32,000 bases of DNA from Bacillus subtilis subsp. subtilis str. 168 (GTDB lineage Bacteria; Bacillota; Bacilli; Bacillales; Bacillaceae): contig NC_000964.3 in NCBI RefSeq assembly GCF_000009045.1, forward strand, positions 3,180,001 through 3,212,000. The letters are read 5' to 3'. This document shows positions 26,169 through 32,000 of the stretch, one piece after another. Under the pieces are notes generated by a model. It had not been told where the DNA came from. It did no database searches and was given only the letters and a program-made list of their open reading frames with translations. Each line of letters opens with the position of its first letter. The stretch's first letter is position 1. The position numbers and the translations under genes are program-made.

Positions 26169-28154
26169 TTATTCAATTTTAAATCGTTTGGTCATATCCC
26201 GAAGCTCTTCCGCCATAGAGGAAAGGGTCTCTGCAGACGAGCTGATTTCTTCCATGGAAGCTAGCTGCTCTTCAGCTGACGCCGCGATATCTTGTATATG
26301 CGCTGAGCTTTCTTTTGAAATCGATGCAATGTGCTCAGACGCTCCCGAAACTTCTTCGGAGCTGGCAGAAAGCTGCTGAACCGTCGCACTCATATTTTGC
26401 AGTTCGCCGGCGATTTGGTTCGTCATTTCAGAAATGCGTTTGAAGCTCATTTCTGTTTTATCTGTGATGTCAAGTCCTGTCTGCACCTCTTGATTGACAG
26501 ATTGGAACATGCCGAGTGATGTATTGATTTCCTTCACAATTTCGATGATTAATCCTTCAATCTCTTTTGCTGAATCTGCTGACTGTACTGCCAGTTTTCT
26601 TACTTCTTCCGCTACAACGGAGAAGCCGCGGCCGTACTCGCCTGCGCGCGCTGCTTCAATTGCTGCGTTTAAGGCAAGCAGGTTCGTCTGGTCTGCGATG
26701 CCGTTGATCACACGCAAAATGTTTGTAATATCTTTCGATTTCGTTTCCAATCCGCGTACGACTTGCTCCGCTTCTTTAACGGACTTGTCAATGACATTCA
26801 TTTGGCCGACGGTTTGATGAACAAGCTTGCCGCCTTCACTTGCAATTTCTGTCGATTGAACAGATGAATCAGTGATCACTTCAGAAGCTTGAGCCATATT
26901 CGTCAACCCGTCATTCATTTGATAAATGTGCTCTGCTGCCGTTTCAATGTTTTCGTTTTGTTTTTCATTGCCGTTAGAAAATTGTTCAATCGCCAATGTA
27001 ATGTGCTCTGTTGCCTTGCTCGTTTGCGCAGCTGATGCAGTCAGCTCCTCAGAGGAAGCGGCAACATTGTCTACCGAATCCTGGATGGCGTGTATGAGAG
27101 AACGAAGTGACGACGCCATATTGTTAAAGCTTTTGCCGAGCTCGCCCAATTCATCTTTTGAACGGATATCAATGGTTTCCGTCAAATCTCCCTCGCTGAT
27201 CCGCTTAGAGGAACCGACAAGCTGTTTCAGCGGTGTTGTAATCGACCGAATGATCAATGTCATGACGATAATCCCTATGATAATAGCTGCGGCCAAGACA
27301 ATTAAAGCAAGGTGAAGGACAGGCTGGGCTGCCTCATGGATTTCATCCAAATACATGGTGCCGCCGATCTTCCATCCCGTCAACTTGTTTGTGTCAAAGG
27401 CCATTTTTTTCTTATCGCCATCCATGGTGTATTGAAAATCGCCTTTATCAGCACTCAACATCTTATCGAGCCAGTCGCCTTTTAATTCAGTTCCTGATTG
27501 TTCATTAGGGTGTGCGACAACTTTTTTGTCCTTCGTCATGATAAATGCGTAGCCTTGTGTGCCGATGTTGACTTTTTTGGTTGTTTTCAGCAGATTTTCA
27601 ATCGTCATGTTGATTGCGATAACGCCTGAACCATCTTTTGTCTGCTGGGCGATTGTCACAACCATCGTATTTGTCGACGCGGTTTTATAAGGGTCTGTGA
27701 TCACGACTTTCCCTTTATTTGCAACCGCTTTTTTGTACCAGTCGCGTTCAACCGGATTATAGCCGCTTGGCATCGGAAGATCCGGATAGCGGGTAAAGTG
27801 CCCTTTTGTGTCACTTGTATAAATGGATTCTACATCCTTGTTAATGCTGATATATTGTGAGAATTTCTCTGCAATGCTTGCATTGCTTTTTGCATTGTAT
27901 TTCTCTTTTGTCAGCCATTCGCTGAAATAATCAGCACTGTTTTCTTTTTCGCCGATGCTGGTGTTAATGATTTCGTTTAATTGCTGTACATTTTCCAATG
28001 CGCTCCCCATCATCTGTCTGTCGAGTGAGCTGCTAGCCGATTGATACGCAAAGATCGCCAATATGACAACCGGTATGATGAGGATCGACAGAAAGGAAAC
28101 GAGAAGCTTCCGTGTAATTGATCTTTGTTTTATGAGTTGGAGTATTTTTTTCAT
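26169..28154 (-). CDS. mcpA: Methyl-accepting chemotaxis protein (double-Cache, HAMP, MCP signalling domain)
   Basis: Same architecture as its neighbours. Start taken at the second ATG of ATGATG, 9 nt from AAAGGAG, giving 661 aa. The first ATG (28157) is also possible. Confidence 0.85.
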   Translation of the reverse strand: MKKILQLIKQRSITRKLLVSFLSILIIPVVILAIFAYQSASSSLDRQMMGSALENVQQLNEIINTSIGEKENSADYFSEWLTKEKYNAKSNASIAEKFSQYISINKDVESIYTSDTKGHFTRYPDLPMPSGYNPVERDWYKKAVANKGKVVITDPYKTASTNTMVVTIAQQTKDGSGVIAINMTIENLLKTTKKVNIGTQGYAFIMTKDKKVVAHPNEQSGTELKGDWLDKMLSADKGDFQYTMDGDKKKMAFDTNKLTGWKIGGTMYLDEIHEAAQPVLHLALIVLAAAIIIGIIVMTLIIRSITTPLKQLVGSSKRISEGDLTETIDIRSKDELGELGKSFNNMASSLRSLIHAIQDSVDNVAASSEELTASAAQTSKATEHITLAIEQFSNGNEKQNENIETAAEHIYQMNDGLTNMAQASEVITDSSVQSTEIASEGGKLVHQTVGQMNVIDKSVKEAEQVVRGLETKSKDITNILRVINGIADQTNLLALNAAIEAARAGEYGRGFSVVAEEVRKLAVQSADSAKEIEGLIIEIVKEINTSLGMFQSVNQEVQTGLDITDKTEMSFKRISEMTNQIAGELQNMSATVQQLSASSEEVSGASEHIASISKESSAHIQDIAASAEEQLASMEEISSSAETLSSMAEELRDMTKRFKIE

Positions 28155-28185
28155 CATTCATTTCTCCTTTTTTATGCTACCCTTC

Positions 28186-28212
28186 ATATCGGCTGGAAAT
28201 GGGTAAATATAT
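28186..28212 (-). promoter_or_regulatory. Sigma-D type promoter of mcpA (perfect -10, weak -35)
   Basis: The minus strand has GCCGATAT at 28193..28186. The -35 region reads only TATA/ATAT rather than TAAA. Confidence 0.45.
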
Positions 28213-28279
28213 ACAGCAAAAAAGAAGAAATTTAACAAAAGTAACTAATTTCCCATAAATAAATAGTATTTTAGACCTA

Positions 28280-30268
28280 TTATTTGTCTACTTTAAATTG
28301 TTTTGTCAGATCACGGAGTTCTTCAGACATTCTTTCAAGCGTCAGTGCAGATGAACTAATCTCCTCCATGGATGCCAGCTGTTCCTCAGCTGAAGCGGCG
28401 ATATCTTGGATGCCATCCGAGCTTTCCTTAGAAATGGCAGTGATATCATTTGAAGCTGCGGAAATTTCTTGAGCTCCCGCTGACAGCTCCTCAACCGTCG
28501 CATTCATGTTTTGCAGCTCGGAAGCAATTTGATTGGTCATTTGCGATATATGTTTGAAGCTCTGTTTAGTTTCATCCGTCATGACAAGCCCTGTTTCAAC
28601 TTCTTTGTTTACGGACTGAAGCACGTTCAGTGATGTGTGAATTTCTTTTACTATTTCACTGATCAGCGATTCAATTTCTTTTGCTGAGTCAGCCGACTGT
28701 ACCGCGAGCTTTCTCACTTCCTCAGCGACGACTGAGAAGCCCCGGCCGTATTCACCCGCTCTGGCAGCTTCAATGGCGGCATTTAAAGCCAAAAGATTGG
28801 TTTGATCCGCAATGCCGTTGATGACACGCAAAATATTCGTGATATCCTTTGATTTGATCTCCAGCCCTTTCACCACTTGTTCCGCTGCTTTTACGGAATG
28901 GTCAATTGTGTTCATTTGGCCGGCTGTTTTCTGGACGAGTGTCTCCCCTTTGCTTGACACTTCGGTTGAATCTGCGGATGTTTCTGTAATCACTGCTGCA
29001 GCCCGCGCCAGCTCTGCCAATCCGTCATTCATTTCATTAATTTGTTCGGTTGTCGTTTCTATTTTCTCGCTTTGGCTTTCACTGCCGTTTGAAAATTGCT
29101 CGATAGCCATCGTAATGTGCTCAGTGGCTCTGCTTGTCTGGTCTGCCGATGCAGTCAGCTCTTCAGACGAGGAGGCAACGTGTTCTACTGAGTCTTTGAT
29201 CCCGTGAATGAGCGAGCGAAGCGAGTGTGCCATATGATTGAAGCTCTCACTCAGAACGCCGAGTTCATCTTTTGAATTGATTTCAATCGTTTCGGTTAGA
29301 TCGCCTTCACTAATTTTTTCAGCGGATGCGACAATGCGTCTCAATGGCTTTGTGATGGATCGAATCACAAAATAAATCGCCGTCATTCCAGCTCCGATGG
29401 CAATCGCCAGAACGATTGAAGCCATGATCAGAACCCTGCTTGCAGCATCGTGAATCTCGTTTGCATACATCGTGCCGCTGATTTTCCAGCCTGTTGTTTG
29501 GCTTGTTGCAAATGCCATTTTTTTCTTTTTGCCTTTGTACGTATATTCAAAGTCCCCGCTTTTATCCTTGTAGAGCTTATCAACCCAGTCCCCTTTTAGC
29601 TCTGTTCCCGCTTTTTCTCCGGAGTAGGCGATGACTTTCTTGTTTTGGCTCAAAATAAAAGCATAGCCTTCTTTTCCGATATTGATTCCTTTCGCGGTAG
29701 TGACTAAGTCATCAATTTTCATATCAATGGCGACAACGCCTGACCCATCCACCGTTTGACGGGCGATGGTGACGACCATTTTTCCTGATGAAATCGATTC
29801 ATAAGGCTCAGTGACAATTGTTTTGCCTTTATTGGCCATTGCTTCTTTGTACCAATCTCGTTCCAAAGCATTAAAGTCGCTTGGCATGTCAGCGTACGGA
29901 TAACGTGTGAAGTCCCCGTCTTTGCCGCTTGAAAATACCGCAGCGACATTATCATTCATTTGGATAAATTGTTTAAATTCCTGTTTCAGCTCTGTTTTCT
30001 TTTTATCCTGAAATTTTTCTGCTGTAGCCCAATCGCTGAAATATGCGAGGCTTTTTTCAGTAGTGCTGATTTTATCATCAATGATGTGATCTAATATCTG
30101 AACATTTTCCTTTGCGCTTTGCGTCATCTGTACATCAAGTGAGGCAACTGCTGATTGATAAGCGCTAACCGAAAGGGCGGTTATCGGAACAATTAAGATC
30201 AGCAGGAAAGAAATAATAAGTCTCCTTGCAATTGATGATCTGCGAATAGTGGTGAGTGTTTTTTTCAT
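28280..30268 (-). CDS. tlpA: Methyl-accepting chemotaxis protein (double-Cache, HAMP, MCP signalling domain)
   Basis: 662 aa, same architecture and invariant hairpin tip. I could not find a convincing terminator between its stop and the mcpA promoter. Confidence 0.85.
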   Translation of the reverse strand: MKKTLTTIRRSSIARRLIISFLLILIVPITALSVSAYQSAVASLDVQMTQSAKENVQILDHIIDDKISTTEKSLAYFSDWATAEKFQDKKKTELKQEFKQFIQMNDNVAAVFSSGKDGDFTRYPYADMPSDFNALERDWYKEAMANKGKTIVTEPYESISSGKMVVTIARQTVDGSGVVAIDMKIDDLVTTAKGINIGKEGYAFILSQNKKVIAYSGEKAGTELKGDWVDKLYKDKSGDFEYTYKGKKKKMAFATSQTTGWKISGTMYANEIHDAASRVLIMASIVLAIAIGAGMTAIYFVIRSITKPLRRIVASAEKISEGDLTETIEINSKDELGVLSESFNHMAHSLRSLIHGIKDSVEHVASSSEELTASADQTSRATEHITMAIEQFSNGSESQSEKIETTTEQINEMNDGLAELARAAAVITETSADSTEVSSKGETLVQKTAGQMNTIDHSVKAAEQVVKGLEIKSKDITNILRVINGIADQTNLLALNAAIEAARAGEYGRGFSVVAEEVRKLAVQSADSAKEIESLISEIVKEIHTSLNVLQSVNKEVETGLVMTDETKQSFKHISQMTNQIASELQNMNATVEELSAGAQEISAASNDITAISKESSDGIQDIAASAEEQLASMEEISSSALTLERMSEELRDLTKQFKVDK

Positions 30269-30303
30269 TTCCTTTTGAACCTTCTTTCAATAATTTACAA
30301 ATT

Positions 30304-30330
30304 ATATCGGCGGATCTTCCTTTAAATTAC
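30304..30330 (-). promoter_or_regulatory. Sigma-D type promoter of tlpA (perfect -10)
   Basis: The minus strand has GCCGATAT at 30311..30304. The -35 region reads GTAA/TAAT at N15/N14. Confidence 0.45.
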
Positions 30331-30406
30331 ATTGAAAATGGAGGAAAAAATGAAAAATAGTTCTAAATTCACCTGTTAAACTAGGACTTTATTATTGTTT
30401 ACCATA

Positions 30407-30440
30407 TAAAAAAACAGCGCTTTGATAGCGCTGTTTTTCG
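30407..30440 (-). terminator. Intrinsic terminator after mcpB
   Basis: ACAGCGC-tatcaaa-GCGCTGT, followed on the minus strand by T7. A shorter T-run also lies on the plus side. Confidence 0.75.
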
Positions 30441-30444
30441 GTTT

Positions 30445-32000
30445 TTACTCGATTTTAAATTGTTTCGTCAGATCGCGAAGCTCTTCTGCCATCTGCGCAA
30501 GAGTCGTCGCTGAGGAACTGATTTCTTCCATGGAAGCAAGCTGTTCTTCAGCTGATGCGGCAATGTCCTGGATGCTTGCCGAGCTTTCTTTCGACACGTC
30601 TGCAATGCCGCTGACTGCTGCTGAAACATGCTGTGAACGGTCTGACAGCTGCTCGACGGTGGAATTCATCGTCTGCAGCTTGCCCGCGATTTCGTTTGTC
30701 ATGCTGAAAATGCTCTGGAAGCTTTCTTTTGTATTGTCTGTGACAACAAGTCCGGACTGTACTTCCTGATTGACCTCTTTAAACATGTGAAGAGAGGTGT
30801 CGATTTCTGCGACGATTTCTTGGATCAGCTTTTCGATTTCTTTCGCTGAATCGGCTGATTGGACAGCCAGCTTGCGCACCTCCTCCGCTACGACAGAGAA
30901 GCCGCGTCCTGACTCTCCGGCACGCGCCGCTTCAATGGCTGCATTTAGTGCAAGCAGATTTGTTTGGTCAGCGATTCCGTTGATGACTCTCAAAATGCTT
31001 GTGATGTCTTTTGATTTTCCTTCTAAGCCTTTGACAACAGCTTCAGCCTGCTGAACAGATTGATTAATCGAGTTCATTTGTCCGACTGTCTGCTGCACAA
31101 ACTTCTCACCCGTTCCGGCGATTTCCGTTGATTGGATAGATGCCTTTGTAATATCTGACGATGTTTGTGAGACTTGCTGGAGTCCTTCATTCATTAAGTT
31201 CAGCTGATGAGAGCTGGATTCAACCTTTTCGCTTTGCTCCTCGTTTCCGTTTGAGAACTGCTCAATCGCCATCGTAATATGCTCGGTGGCTTTACTCGTC
31301 TGCCCGGCAGATGCGGTAAGCTGTTCGGAAGATGCGGCCACATTGTTCACCGAGTCCTGAATAGCGCTGATCAGAGAGCGGAGAGATTGTCCCATTTCAT
31401 TGAAGCTTTCCCCAAGCTCTCCAAGCTCATCCTTTGAATGGATTTCGATCGTTTCGGTCAGATCCCCCCTGCTGATCGTTTTCGATGATTGAACAAGACG
31501 TTTTAACGGTTTTGTAATCGAACGAACGATAAACAGAATTAAAATTCCGCCTGCCACAATGGAAGCAATCAGCACAATCATTCCTGTTGTCAGCACAGAC
31601 TTTGAGGCATCCTTAATTTCATCCATATACATTGTGCCGGCTATTTTCCAACCAGTCAGTTCGTTTGTAGTATAGGTCATCTTTTTATCTTCGTTATTAA
31701 GAGTATACTGGAGTTCACCGCTGTCATTCGCATACATTTTGGCTACCCAGTCGCCTGAAAGCTTTTCTCCAGCCTTATGGTTCTTGTGGGCGACATAGGT
31801 TTTGTTTTTTGTTGCAATGAAAGCATAACCTTCTTTTCCGACCTTGATTTGTTTCATTTGTTCTAACAATTTATCAATGGTAATATCCATGGCGACAACG
31901 CCAGATCCGTCCTTCAGCTCCTGTGCAATGGTAATGACCATGCTTCCGTCACTCGCAGCCACGTAAGGATCTGTCACGACAATTTCACCGCCGGCCTTCA
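30445..32000 (-). CDS. mcpB: Methyl-accepting chemotaxis protein, asparagine receptor; C-terminal ~518 codons (5' end beyond the right edge)
   Basis: The frame stays open to base 32000; the track's M at 31977 is an internal GTG (Val). Counting back from the stop and assuming 662 aa, Gln falls at 371 ([10 protein letters not shown]), Glu at 630 (AEEQ) and Glu at 637 (MEEI). These match the McpB modification sites as I remember them. Confidence 0.9.
   Translation of the reverse strand, partial: KAGGEIVVTDPYVAASDGSMVITIAQELKDGSGVVAMDITIDKLLEQMKQIKVGKEGYAFIATKNKTYVAHKNHKAGEKLSGDWVAKMYANDSGELQYTLNNEDKKMTYTTNELTGWKIAGTMYMDEIKDASKSVLTTGMIVLIASIVAGGILILFIVRSITKPLKRLVQSSKTISRGDLTETIEIHSKDELGELGESFNEMGQSLRSLISAIQDSVNNVAASSEQLTASAGQTSKATEHITMAIEQFSNGNEEQSEKVESSSHQLNLMNEGLQQVSQTSSDITKASIQSTEIAGTGEKFVQQTVGQMNSINQSVQQAEAVVKGLEGKSKDITSILRVINGIADQTNLLALNAAIEAARAGESGRGFSVVAEEVRKLAVQSADSAKEIEKLIQEIVAEIDTSLHMFKEVNQEVQSGLVVTDNTKESFQSIFSMTNEIAGKLQTMNSTVEQLSDRSQHVSAAVSGIADVSKESSASIQDIAASAEEQLASMEEISSSATTLAQMAEELRDLTKQFKIE

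Noticed and set aside
24067-32000. A repeating unit of about 2.1 kb that could suggest a repeat array, an IS cluster or an assembly artefact.
   Set aside because: The units are intact, full-length paralogous genes with diverged sensor domains and many synonymous differences. There are no terminal inverted repeats, no transposase and no CRISPR-like short repeat-spacer periodicity.

Overview
This window reads as ordinary, well-studied core chromosome of Bacillus subtilis (168-like). By gene order, protein lengths and motifs it is collinear with the yuaI-floT ... rhaEWRBMA ... tlpB-mcpA-tlpA-mcpB region. That identification comes from my memory of the reference genome, since no search was possible. 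From left to right the content is as follows.
- The sigma-W controlled NfeD/flotillin operon (yuaF-floT-yuaI).
- yuaE (DinB-like) and yuaD (MOSC domain).
- The choline-to-glycine-betaine genes gbsAB with the divergent repressor gene gbsR.
- The biofilm coat gene bslA.
- The K+ uptake genes ktrAB behind a ydaO/yuaA-class c-di-AMP riboswitch.
- yubF, lytG, the MFS transporter gene yubD and cdoA.
- A solitary tRNA-Ala(GGC).
- uppP, yubA and yulF.
- The L-rhamnose operon rhaEWRBMA.
- A head-to-tail array of four paralogous chemoreceptor genes; the last one, mcpB, runs off the right edge.

I see no transposase, integrase, phage, CRISPR, toxin-antitoxin or defence-island signatures, and no obvious compositional break. 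I therefore do not think the window holds a large undescribed system.

The most novel-looking signal is small: a 17-codon leader ORF that encloses a terminator-like hairpin just upstream of yubD, possibly a ribosome-dependent attenuator. It is tentative.

Nine ORF-track entries are over-extended at the N-terminus. I corrected their starts using Shine-Dalgarno (SD) placement and promoter positions. All promoter, operator and terminator calls are motif or hairpin readings by eye and carry lower confidence than the CDS calls.
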